DNA of 64,000 nt from a virus: positions 17,928 through 81,927 of IMG/VR virus record IMGVR_UViG_3300046001_006396; one strand, written 5' to 3'. The notes under the pieces are model-generated. The model searched no databases. It had not been told where the DNA came from and saw only the letters and a program-made list of their open reading frames with translations. Made by a program: the position numbers and the translations under genes. Each line of letters opens with the position of its first letter. Position 1 is the first letter of the stretch. Shown in pieces: positions 17,796 to 27,147 of this stretch.

Positions 17796-20696
17796 ATGGT
17801 TCCACAAGAAGAAATTGAACGTTTTCTATTAGGAGAAGACGATGAAAAATATATCGTATCGTTAGAATACGATTACAAATCCTCAAAAATTTATAAAGTT
17901 ATTCAAGACCCCGTTAAAGGTAAACTTTTACGTATGGACACATTTATTCCATTTGCTTGGGTTGGTGACCTTAAAAGTAAAAACTTTTATAAGGGTAATA
18001 AAGACCTTCAAAAAAAGGCAATGTCTGAAAACGGCATCATCATAGAAAAATTAGAGGACAAGGGAGATGAAAGATTAAAGAGTGGTTTGACTTTTATGGT
18101 TAAATCTACCAAGTCGTATTCAAACCTTGTAAACTTTTTTAAAATGGGTGGACTTGACCCTTGGGGTAGGGATAATTCAGATGTGATTACAATTTTATCT
18201 CCTGTTGAACAATACCTAATCCAAAAAAGTAAAAGGTTATTTAAAGGGTTTGACGAATACGATGAGATTCACAGATTTGTATTTGATATTGAGACCACGG
18301 GTTTAGACCCAAAAACAAGTAAAATGTTTTTGATTGGGATGAAAGACAACCGTGGTTTTATAAAATTATTATCTGCACAAAACGAAGATGAGGAAAGACA
18401 AATGATTGTTGAGTTTTTTAGAACAATTGATGAATTAAAGCCGTCACTCATTGGTGGGTACAACTCGGCATTCTTTGACTTCCCATACATTTTAAAAAGA
18501 GCGGAAATATTAAAACTAAACATTAAAAAGATATCAAAAACTTTACATCCTGATTATTCTTTAAAACAAAAGGATGGAATTTTAAAGTTGGCAAATGAGA
18601 TGGAACCTTATGTTCAAACTCAAATGTGGGGATATAATATTGTTGATATTGCACACGCAGTTCGTAGAGCTCAAGCAATCAACTCAGATATTAAAAGTTG
18701 GTCCTTGAAGTATATAACCAAATTTATTGAAGCAGAAAAAGAAAATCGTGTCTATGTTGACGGTGATAAGATTGGTAAAATCTATTTTGATAATGAGGAT
18801 TATTGGATGAATAAAGAAAATGGTAATTATAAAAAGGTTGGTATTAATGAAAAAATAGATAGTATTTGTTCAAGAAGAGATGATGTCTATTTTAAAACTA
18901 ACGGTTCAAAAATTATTGAGGATTATCTTGACGATGACTTATATGAAACAATGGTTGTTGACGAACAGTTCAATCAAGCAAACTTTTTACTTTCTAAACT
19001 TGTACCAACAACATATGAAAGGCTATCAACAATGGGTACCGCCACATTATGGAAAATGATTATGTGTGCGTGGTCATATAAACATAATTTAGCAATTCCA
19101 AAGAAAAAAGAAAAACGAAAATTTACAGGAGGTCTTTCTCGTTTGGTTCAGGTTGGTTACTCAAGAAACGTATTGAAACTTGACTACTCGTCACTATATC
19201 CATCTATTCAGTTGGTTCACGATGTGTTTCCTTCTTGTGACGTTACGGGAGCGATGAAGAGTATGTTAAAGTATTTCCGTGATACTCGTATTAAATACAA
19301 GAACTTGGCTGGTGAATATAAATCAATAGACTTAAAGGCGTCAATTTCATATGATAGAAAACAGTTACCAATTAAAATCTTTATTAACGCATTCTTTGGT
19401 TCGTTATCCGCCCCTCACGTATTTCCTTGGGGTGATATTGATATGGGTGAACAGATTACTTGTACGGGTAGACAGTATCTTCGTCAGATGATTATGTACT
19501 TTATGAAACGAGGTTACGTTCCTTTGGTAATGGATACGGATGGTGTTAACTTTGAAACTCCTAAAGATAGGGAGACCTACACATATGTCGGTAAAGGATT
19601 AAACGGTTTGGTTAAACAGGGTAAAGAATATGTAGGTGCAGAAGCAGATGTTGCAGAATACAATGACTTATTTATGAGAAATGAAATGGGTCTTGATATT
19701 GATGGTGTATGGCCAGCAACTATTAACGTTGCCCGTAAAAACTACGCATTACTTACAGATAAAGGTAAAGTTAAACTTACAGGTAACTCAATTAAATCTA
19801 AAAAACTTCAAACATATGTTGCAGAGTTTTTGGATAAAGGATTAAGAATGTTACTTGATGGTAAAGGTGGAGAGTTTTTAGATTTCTATTATGAATATGT
19901 AAGTAAAATTTATAATAGAGAAATACCACTTGCAAAGATTGCAAATAAGGCCCGTGTTAAACAATCAATTGATGACTATAAAGTTCATGTCACAAAAACA
20001 ACCAAATCAGGAAGTTTAATGTCACGTCAAGCGCATATGGAACTTTTAATTAATAACGGTAAAAACCCAGGATTGGGTGATACTATCTTCTATGTTAATA
20101 ATGGTGAAAAGAAATCTCACGGGGACGTTCAAAAGAAAACAACCAAGATGACTAAAAAACAAATTGAGGATTACACAAATATTCACGGAGCGGTTCCACC
20201 TGAAATGTTATCAAAAAGTGAGGTTATTTTGAATTGTTATATGATTGATGAAAAAGAGATTGAAAACAATCCTGACTTGTTGGGTGAATATAATGTACCA
20301 AGATATTTGGCATCATTTAACAAAAGAATTGAACCCCTACTTGTTGTGTATAGTCCTGACATTAGACAAGACATTTTAATTGAGGACCCCAAAGACCAAC
20401 CAATATTTACTAAATCCCAAACAGAATTAGGAAGAGGGTTTCCGATGAAAGAAAAGGACCAAGATAACTTAGATGAGGTTTTGACTTTATCTGATATGGA
20501 AATTAACTTTTGGCAATCTGTTGGTATTGACCCGTATTATATGTACATAGACGATACCATTAATTTAGTGGATATAGATAGAGTTAATCACAATAATAAA
20601 TTAATGATTGAAACTAAAAGAGTTGAGAAGGTTGACGAGGACGATATCTTTGAATATGATGTAGATGGGGATTTAATGACCCACATTTTTGATTAA
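17796..20696 (+). CDS. Family B DNA polymerase
   Basis: FDIETTG, GYNSAFFDFPYI (exonuclease); LDYSSLYPSI (motif A), KIFINAFFG (motif B), MDTDG (motif C), RKNYA. Confidence 0.95.
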   Translation: MVPQEEIERFLLGEDDEKYIVSLEYDYKSSKIYKVIQDPVKGKLLRMDTFIPFAWVGDLKSKNFYKGNKDLQKKAMSENGIIIEKLEDKGDERLKSGLTFMVKSTKSYSNLVNFFKMGGLDPWGRDNSDVITILSPVEQYLIQKSKRLFKGFDEYDEIHRFVFDIETTGLDPKTSKMFLIGMKDNRGFIKLLSAQNEDEERQMIVEFFRTIDELKPSLIGGYNSAFFDFPYILKRAEILKLNIKKISKTLHPDYSLKQKDGILKLANEMEPYVQTQMWGYNIVDIAHAVRRAQAINSDIKSWSLKYITKFIEAEKENRVYVDGDKIGKIYFDNEDYWMNKENGNYKKVGINEKIDSICSRRDDVYFKTNGSKIIEDYLDDDLYETMVVDEQFNQANFLLSKLVPTTYERLSTMGTATLWKMIMCAWSYKHNLAIPKKKEKRKFTGGLSRLVQVGYSRNVLKLDYSSLYPSIQLVHDVFPSCDVTGAMKSMLKYFRDTRIKYKNLAGEYKSIDLKASISYDRKQLPIKIFINAFFGSLSAPHVFPWGDIDMGEQITCTGRQYLRQMIMYFMKRGYVPLVMDTDGVNFETPKDRETYTYVGKGLNGLVKQGKEYVGAEADVAEYNDLFMRNEMGLDIDGVWPATINVARKNYALLTDKGKVKLTGNSIKSKKLQTYVAEFLDKGLRMLLDGKGGEFLDFYYEYVSKIYNREIPLAKIANKARVKQSIDDYKVHVTKTTKSGSLMSRQAHMELLINNGKNPGLGDTIFYVNNGEKKSHGDVQKKTTKMTKKQIEDYTNIHGAVPPEMLSKSEVILNCYMIDEKEIENNPDLLGEYNVPRYLASFNKRIEPLLVVYSPDIRQDILIEDPKDQPIFTKSQTELGRGFPMKEKDQDNLDEVLTLSDMEINFWQSVGIDPYYMYIDDTINLVDIDRVNHNNKLMIETKRVEKVDEDDIFEYDVDGDLMTHIFD

Positions 20697-21025
20697 GAAT
20701 TTTTTAGACCGTCGGAGGATAGAATATACCAATATTCTCCGACTTTTTTAAACTCCACACAAGAACCTTTATCTAACTCAACCTCATTAAATTCCTCGTC
20801 TATTTTTTTATCACTACTAACAATAACATGAGTTAATGATTTAACGACAACGTGGTCTGTTGTATTTGAATCTAAAAATAAATTACAAGAATCAACACCT
20901 TTTACTATTATTGTATATTCACCATTTGTTGAGTAATCTCCGTTTGATAAAATAATAGAATCTGATGTTTTAATCTCATAACCATTAATGATTCTTAAAG
21001 ATGGTTGAGATCTAAAAATAGCCAT
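20693..21025 (-). CDS. Hypothetical protein (beta-rich, possibly virion-associated)
   Basis: 110-aa ORF directly downstream of the neck gene; WYILSSDG C-terminus. Confidence 0.55.
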   Translation of the reverse strand: MAIFRSQPSLRIINGYEIKTSDSIILSNGDYSTNGEYTIIVKGVDSCNLFLDSNTTDHVVVKSLTHVIVSSDKKIDEEFNEVELDKGSCVEFKKVGEYWYILSSDGLKNS

Positions 21026-21031
21026 AATAAA

Positions 21032-22150
21032 TTATATGATATTATACGGGCTAGTAAATGCTCTATATTTTAATGCCTTATTCATATTTTCGGCCTGTAA
21101 ACCCTTTATTTCCCATTGTTTTTCAGGTCTTAATCTCTCAAGTCTTAGTTTTAATTCTTCCCACAATAAGTTTTTTTCATCTTTTGCTTCGGTCTGTAAA
21201 GACGTGTATTCTAAAGTTAATTCAGAATCCGGTGTTTTTAAATTACCACTATACTTACCTCTAACTCTTGCCAAAGTTTCTTTACAATATGCGGTAAACC
21301 ATCGTCTAACCCAAGTTTGTGCGGGCGAATTTAAATCAGTCCAAGACATTTCATCAATAGGAACATCTGAAGGTAATCTTACAACGTCAGGATTTTTTGC
21401 TAAACAATCTTCACGATCAAAAGTATCATAATACCAATACCAAACTCTGTAGTCGTGTCTTTTCATATTACCAAAATCAAATTTTCCACCAGGTACATTC
21501 ATTAGATGAATTGCCTTTTTACCTTCAGGAAGTGCAGTCACTCTGTAAGTTAATTCTCCTGTGATAATTCTTCTTTTCATACTAATGTCAGACATCCTTA
21601 AAAGAATATCAAATGCCGGCGTAACAAAATAGTTACCTGTTGTACCCATTTGTGAAAACCCTGCACCACCACCAAGTCCGATACCACCAAATCCACCAAA
21701 TCCACCCATAAATGGATCAAAATATGCCGCGTCTAATTCTGACCTTGAGAACCATAATAGTTCATTTAATTCTCTACCTGCGGGTATTTCATATATTTGT
21801 TGGTGGGGTATCAAATCTATATAATCTTTTTTCAAAACGTAGTCCCCTCCGGCTTGTAGTCCCACAATTTTAGAATACGAGTAAGTGTATTGAGTTTCCC
21901 AATCTAAACTTCTTGTTGTAAATGCCCTTGTAACTGACTGCTCATCCAAGTTTAATCCGTATAATGATGACCATTGGCTTTCAATTAACCAATCATTTAC
22001 GTGTTGTGCATAATCTTGTATTGATAACTCAAGTAATGAGTCCATCATCTCATCTTCTAACTCAACGGAACGTAAGGGTGCTCCCAAAAGATTTTTAATT
22101 CTTTTATACAACTTACTTCTTTCAGGTTCTGCTATGATATTTGTTGACAT
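21032..22150 (-). CDS. Neck/head-tail adaptor protein (T4 gp13-like)
   Basis: LGAPLRSVELEDEMMD...QDY and WVRRWFTAYCKETLARVRGKY resemble gp13-type neck proteins. Confidence 0.7.
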   Translation of the reverse strand: MSTNIIAEPERSKLYKRIKNLLGAPLRSVELEDEMMDSLLELSIQDYAQHVNDWLIESQWSSLYGLNLDEQSVTRAFTTRSLDWETQYTYSYSKIVGLQAGGDYVLKKDYIDLIPHQQIYEIPAGRELNELLWFSRSELDAAYFDPFMGGFGGFGGIGLGGGAGFSQMGTTGNYFVTPAFDILLRMSDISMKRRIITGELTYRVTALPEGKKAIHLMNVPGGKFDFGNMKRHDYRVWYWYYDTFDREDCLAKNPDVVRLPSDVPIDEMSWTDLNSPAQTWVRRWFTAYCKETLARVRGKYSGNLKTPDSELTLEYTSLQTEAKDEKNLLWEELKLRLERLRPEKQWEIKGLQAENMNKALKYRAFTSPYNII

Positions 22151-22159
22151 AAGACTTTT

Positions 22160-23278
22160 TTATATAAATATCTTTTTGGTTAAAATACTTTCATTCAATT
22201 TCTTTTTTGTTTGTGATAAGTATTGGTCTGAAACAAAATTCCAATTAACTACTTTCCAAAAATTATGAATATATTTGTCCCTTTCGTTTTTATATTTTAG
22301 ATAATATGCATGTTCCCACAAATCTAAACCAAGTAAAGGGTACCCCCCATTTTTTTCAGTATCCATTAACGGATTGTCTTGGTTAGGTGTTGTGACAATT
22401 TTTAAGTTATTAGTTTTATTAATAATTAACCATACCCACCCAGAACCAAATCTTGTCTTTGCAATTTCCTCAAACTTTTCTTTAAACTCTTCTAAAGACC
22501 CAAAAGTTTTTTCAATTTTAAATAATAGTGGGTTTTTTAATTCCGTTCTTTTAGGTGTTAACATTTTCCAAAATAATGCATGATTAAATGCGCCACCACC
22601 ATTATTTTTAACTTTTTTATTAAACTTTGATATTTTTTTTACGATATCAATTAAATCAAGGTCCTTTCCCGACATTTTTTCTAATTCTAAATTTAATTTC
22701 TCAACATACCCTTTATAATGTTTATTATAGTGAGTTTTCATAGTTTCATCATCAATAAACGACGATAAAGAATCAAACTCATAAGGTAGTTTTTCAATGG
22801 TAATTTTTTTTATTTCCGTAATGATGTTGGTTTTAGAAACCGAATCTTCGTTGATTAGTTTCTCTAATTCTTTAATTCTTTCATTAAACAATGAATAAAT
22901 GTTTTTTTCATCCTTTTTGTGTCTACGTTCAAATCTTTTTACCAATTCACCCGACCTTTCATTAGCCTTATTTTCGTTTTTACCCCCGATATCCGGACCC
23001 TTATCCATGTTTTCAATGGTTCTTTGGTACTCGTGAGCCCATTCGTGTGCTATAGTTCTAAGAATGTCTCTATTCATTCTATCTTTAACTAATATTTTTA
23101 TAATGTGTTTATTAGTTCTTGAACCCGTAGACATTTTACCATAACGAGATTTTAAAAATTCAATTGTAATATCTTTTTTTAATGGTAATTTTCTTTTTAA
23201 GAAACTGATAAAATTGTCTAATAATTGTTCGTCATCTGAATCAACGTTAAACCCAACAAATTTTTTATTTACTCTCAT
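22160..23278 (-). CDS. Fe/Mn superoxide dismutase fused to an N-terminal HExxH metallopeptidase-like domain
   Basis: C-terminal: LPY...HYNKHYKGY, NNGGGAFNHALFW, FGSGWVWL, NQDNP, DLWEHAYY. N-terminal: LRTIAHEWAHEYQ...ENKAN. Confidence 0.9.
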   Translation of the reverse strand: MRVNKKFVGFNVDSDDEQLLDNFISFLKRKLPLKKDITIEFLKSRYGKMSTGSRTNKHIIKILVKDRMNRDILRTIAHEWAHEYQRTIENMDKGPDIGGKNENKANERSGELVKRFERRHKKDEKNIYSLFNERIKELEKLINEDSVSKTNIITEIKKITIEKLPYEFDSLSSFIDDETMKTHYNKHYKGYVEKLNLELEKMSGKDLDLIDIVKKISKFNKKVKNNGGGAFNHALFWKMLTPKRTELKNPLLFKIEKTFGSLEEFKEKFEEIAKTRFGSGWVWLIINKTNNLKIVTTPNQDNPLMDTEKNGGYPLLGLDLWEHAYYLKYKNERDKYIHNFWKVVNWNFVSDQYLSQTKKKLNESILTKKIFI

Positions 23279-23290
23279 AATAAATAAATA

Positions 23291-25054
23291 TCACCTACCA
23301 CTATAAATCATATTTAACATTTCTTCTATTGATGACGCGTCATCCATCATATCATCCCCCATAACAGTAGATATTATTTTTTTCTTTCTATTTAAGATGT
23401 CATAAATCACACCCTCAATTGAGTTTTCAAATAGGGGGTAATAAACTGATGTTGATTTTTTTTGTCCAATTCTATGTGAACGGTCTTCTGCTTGTGCGTG
23501 TTCTGCAGGAACAAACGATAGATCATTCATAATAACCGCTTCAGCTGAAGTTAAAGTGATACCAACACCCGCAGCTTTTAAATTTCCAACAAAAACTCTT
23601 ATTTTATCGTTTTCTTGAAAATCGTCTACCGCCTTTTGGCGATGCGGTTTTGAACAAGACCCGTCTAAATAAACTGCCTGTTTTCCAAAATGTTCATAAA
23701 TAGTTCGTAACGTATCGGTAAAGTTTGTAAATATAATAACTTTTTTTCCTTGATCAATAATATTTTCTGCTAACTCAATAGTGTTTTTAACTTTTTCTTC
23801 TGCAATCACTTTTCTAACTTTCATTAATTTTCCAAATTGAATTGTGAGTGACGAAGACTCTTCTGAATTGTTGTCGTACCAATTAAAATATTCACCCATT
23901 AATTCTTCGTAATCTTTAGATTTTAATCTTAAATAAACAGGTGTAATAATTTTATCAGGTAAATCTAAAACATCTTCTTTTAATCTTCTAAGAATATGTG
24001 ACTGAGTTCGTTCCCTTAATTCGTCTAAGTTTGATGCCCCCGTAACATTCCATACTTTTCTTTTCCCAACACTAAATTGAAATCCGTTACAATATCTTCT
24101 TGCATAAGCCATCCAATTGGCGGCAACAGGACTTTCAACTAAACTTAAAAGATTAAAGTAGTTCATTGGTCTTGATGTCATTGGAGTTCCTGTTAATAAC
24201 CAAACCCTATCAAGTTTATCACAAATGTCGTTTACAATTTTTGTTCTTTGTGCTTGTGGGTTTGATATCATATGTGCCTCATCCATAATCAACAAATCAA
24301 ATTTTGTTTTTAAAATTATTGATTCTTCCTTCTTTTTTGGGTCATGGAAGTTTTTTAAAATATCATAATTAACAATTACAAAATCGTGTTGGTCTGAAAA
24401 CTTTTTGCCTTCTGAAATATAAACTGACCTATCAGAATAATTTTCAATCTCTCTTTGCCAATTTATCTTTAAAGATGCGGGACAAACAATTAATATTTTT
24501 TTTGCTCCCGATTCAAGTGCCGATATAATTGTTGAGGTTGTTTTTCCAAGACCCATGTCGTCCGCCAAAATAAACTTTTTGTTACCTACTAATTTATGAA
24601 TGGCTTCTTTTTGGTGTTCCATCGGAAGTCGGTGGTTGTACTTCTTATAATCAATAACAAAATCTTTTACTTCGTTATCTTTTATAAGTGCTGATTTTGG
24701 CATCCAAAAATCGTGTAATGTTTCACCACTAAATACTTTCCCCCAAATATGATACGACTTATCTTTTTCAACCAAAAGTTTTTCAACATAAATTTCTGTT
24801 GGTTCTTTTGTGTACATTTTATCCTCCATCATTTTTTTACCAAAATATGAATCAAGTTTGACCCATTTTTTTGCGACCTTTGGGGTTCTTCCGTGAAAGT
24901 TAATTACATATTCCGATTGAGATCTTGTAGGGGTAAAGGACTTACTATTTTGTTTTTTATGTTTTAAATTTAGGATATAGTTATTTGATCCATCATAATC
25001 ATCAATTAGTTGAAGGGCTCTTGTTTCAGGAGTTTTTGAAATAAATTCTTCCAT
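23291..25054 (-). CDS. SNF2-family DNA helicase/translocase (HARP/SMARCAL1-like)
   Basis: LADDMGLGKT, VCPASLKINW, DEAH, LTGTP, GVGITLT, QAEDRSHRIGQ. Confidence 0.92.
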   Translation of the reverse strand: MEEFISKTPETRALQLIDDYDGSNNYILNLKHKKQNSKSFTPTRSQSEYVINFHGRTPKVAKKWVKLDSYFGKKMMEDKMYTKEPTEIYVEKLLVEKDKSYHIWGKVFSGETLHDFWMPKSALIKDNEVKDFVIDYKKYNHRLPMEHQKEAIHKLVGNKKFILADDMGLGKTTSTIISALESGAKKILIVCPASLKINWQREIENYSDRSVYISEGKKFSDQHDFVIVNYDILKNFHDPKKKEESIILKTKFDLLIMDEAHMISNPQAQRTKIVNDICDKLDRVWLLTGTPMTSRPMNYFNLLSLVESPVAANWMAYARRYCNGFQFSVGKRKVWNVTGASNLDELRERTQSHILRRLKEDVLDLPDKIITPVYLRLKSKDYEELMGEYFNWYDNNSEESSSLTIQFGKLMKVRKVIAEEKVKNTIELAENIIDQGKKVIIFTNFTDTLRTIYEHFGKQAVYLDGSCSKPHRQKAVDDFQENDKIRVFVGNLKAAGVGITLTSAEAVIMNDLSFVPAEHAQAEDRSHRIGQKKSTSVYYPLFENSIEGVIYDILNRKKKIISTVMGDDMMDDASSIEEMLNMIYSGR

Positions 25055-25111
25055 TGTATTTAAATAAAAATAGTAAATAATAATAAATAATCAATCAAAG
25101 TATTTATTTAT

Positions 25112-25627
25112 ATGACACAAAATAGAGTTCCAATTACAAGACTTAATAAATTCTTCTCGGAAGAGGATTTCAATTTGGATATTGAAATGGGTGGTGAATG
25201 GTTACACGGCGATATGAATTTTACTTTAATACTTTATAGGGTTGATAGGCAAAGAACTGACAATGACGATGTATATGGTGAGACAACAGAAAACGGAATT
25301 CAGTATTTACCTCCAGTAGAATTTAAAGGTTTGGTTAAAATTGAGGCCTCATCAAACTCCGATTTAGGGGCATCAAAACTATATCAGTCAGAACCTGGCA
25401 ATTTAACTGTAAGTGTGTACCAACATTATTTAGAGGATTTAGGAATAGAAATAAATTTAGGAGATTATGTTGGGTATTATGAAACTGAAGATTTTGTTAG
25501 ATATTATTCTGTAGTAAACGACGGTAGGGTTTTCGGTGATAATAAACACACATACGCTGGATATAAAAGATTTTATAGAACAATAACTGCAGTTCCTGCA
25601 ACCAACAATGAATTTAACGGAATTTAA
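25112..25627 (+). CDS. Putative head-closure/neck protein (gp14-like)
   Basis: LYRVD...DDVYGE...GDYVGY pattern; sits directly before the tail terminator-like gene. Confidence 0.55.
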   Translation: MTQNRVPITRLNKFFSEEDFNLDIEMGGEWLHGDMNFTLILYRVDRQRTDNDDVYGETTENGIQYLPPVEFKGLVKIEASSNSDLGASKLYQSEPGNLTVSVYQHYLEDLGIEINLGDYVGYYETEDFVRYYSVVNDGRVFGDNKHTYAGYKRFYRTITAVPATNNEFNGI

Positions 25628-25629
25628 AT

Positions 25630-26859
25630 ATGGCGTTACCAAAACAAATAAAAAATAAATTATCCTTAATTCCACAAAAGTTTGGTGTTGAGAGAAGGCA
25701 AGAACTTTTAGAAGACGTTACAGATAAAGGTACTTATTTACCTAAAGGGGTTTTACATGCCGACCTTGACAAGGGAATGTTAGATTTTGTTAAAGACACT
25801 TTAGAGTTAGTTGTTGACAGTAAAAAAGTACCAACTATTGATAGAATCATAACAAACCAAAGTTGGGGCCAGTTTACTCAAACTTGGGATTTTCAAGATT
25901 TAGATAAAAATATTACATTACCTTTTATTGCAACATTAAGGGCGCCAGAAGTAAAATACGGAACAAATAATGCAGGAAGAGCTAATATTCCTGAAAGAAA
26001 ACAATTTTTTTATTATACGGTACCAACTTGGGACGGACAAAGAAAAGGTGCCGATGTTTATAAAATACCACAACCAATACCTGTAGATTTAACATTTACT
26101 ATAAAATTGTTCTGTAATAGAATGAGAGAAGTAAATGAGTTTAATAAAATTATGATGCAAAAATTTACATCAAAACAGGCGTATACACAAATAAAAGGAC
26201 ATTATATACCTATGACTCTTGAATCGGTTGATGACGAGTCGGTTAAAGATCTTGAAAAAAGAAAGTATTATATTTCAAGTTATAAAATTAATATGATGGG
26301 ATTACTGATTGATGAGGACGAGTTTGAGGTGAGTCCTGCAATAACAAGACAAGTATCTTTGTTTGAATTTGAAACATCTAAAAAAAGTAAAAAAGTTAAA
26401 ATAGAACCCTCTAACCCTACAGACTTTTTACTTGATTTTAAATTTGTTTCAGGAAACACCCAATTAATTGAAGTGTTTAGATACACTGCAAATATAGTTG
26501 TTAACGGAATTGAAAATATAATTAATTGTTTCTCGTCAGAATATTCATCAACAACAGTAAACACATTAAATTATATTAATTGTAGTGGAACTTCAACAAC
26601 AATTTCTACATCAATAGGAAGTAGTGGTACCGTATGTGTTAAATCAGGAACCGTACCGTATTTTACAAATTCAACAGGAGGAACTATTAACTCAACAACT
26701 TCCTGCGCTGATGGGTATTCTGTTTTTATTAATAACAATTATGTTGGTGATAATGTTGATGTGATTCAAATAAATTCCGGAGACACTTTAAAAATAATTG
26801 TTTATAAAGATAATGTTAATTTAGAATCAATTATTAAGACAAAAGTAATATTGGTTTAA
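25630..26859 (+). CDS. Putative tail terminator/sheath stabiliser (gp15-like) with C-terminal extension
   Basis: IPQPIPVDLTFTIKLF...EVNEF pattern; located between neck and sheath genes. Confidence 0.55.
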   Translation: MALPKQIKNKLSLIPQKFGVERRQELLEDVTDKGTYLPKGVLHADLDKGMLDFVKDTLELVVDSKKVPTIDRIITNQSWGQFTQTWDFQDLDKNITLPFIATLRAPEVKYGTNNAGRANIPERKQFFYYTVPTWDGQRKGADVYKIPQPIPVDLTFTIKLFCNRMREVNEFNKIMMQKFTSKQAYTQIKGHYIPMTLESVDDESVKDLEKRKYYISSYKINMMGLLIDEDEFEVSPAITRQVSLFEFETSKKSKKVKIEPSNPTDFLLDFKFVSGNTQLIEVFRYTANIVVNGIENIINCFSSEYSSTTVNTLNYINCSGTSTTISTSIGSSGTVCVKSGTVPYFTNSTGGTINSTTSCADGYSVFINNNYVGDNVDVIQINSGDTLKIIVYKDNVNLESIIKTKVILV

Positions 26860-27009
26860 CTACTCCCCATATACGTCTTTTTCTTTTACGCAGGTTTTTT
26901 TAATTAAAGTTTCTAAGAATTTATAAATCTTTAATCCCTTTGACTCACAGTACTTTTTTAGTATATCGTGACTTTCTTCTGAAATCTTTATATTTTTTAT
27001 TTTTTTCAT
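26860..27009 (-). CDS. Small ribbon-helix-helix-like DNA-binding protein (49 aa)
   Basis: Not in the ORF track. Hand translation: MKKIKNIKISEESHDILKKYCESKGLKIYKFLETLIKKTCVKEKDVYGE*, a beta strand (KNIKIS) plus helix-G-helix; TATTTAT motif at 27014-27020. Confidence 0.65.
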   Translation of the reverse strand: MKKIKNIKISEESHDILKKYCESKGLKIYKFLETLIKKTCVKEKDVYGE

Positions 27010-27147
27010 ATTAATAAATATTTTATAAGGTAGAAAAAAGGTAGAATTTTTTCATACTGTTAATTTATTAATATAATTAGACTAAGTTTTTTGCCCATTT
27101 TGGACATATTTATATAAGAAAATAAATCATAATATAAAAACAAAAAA

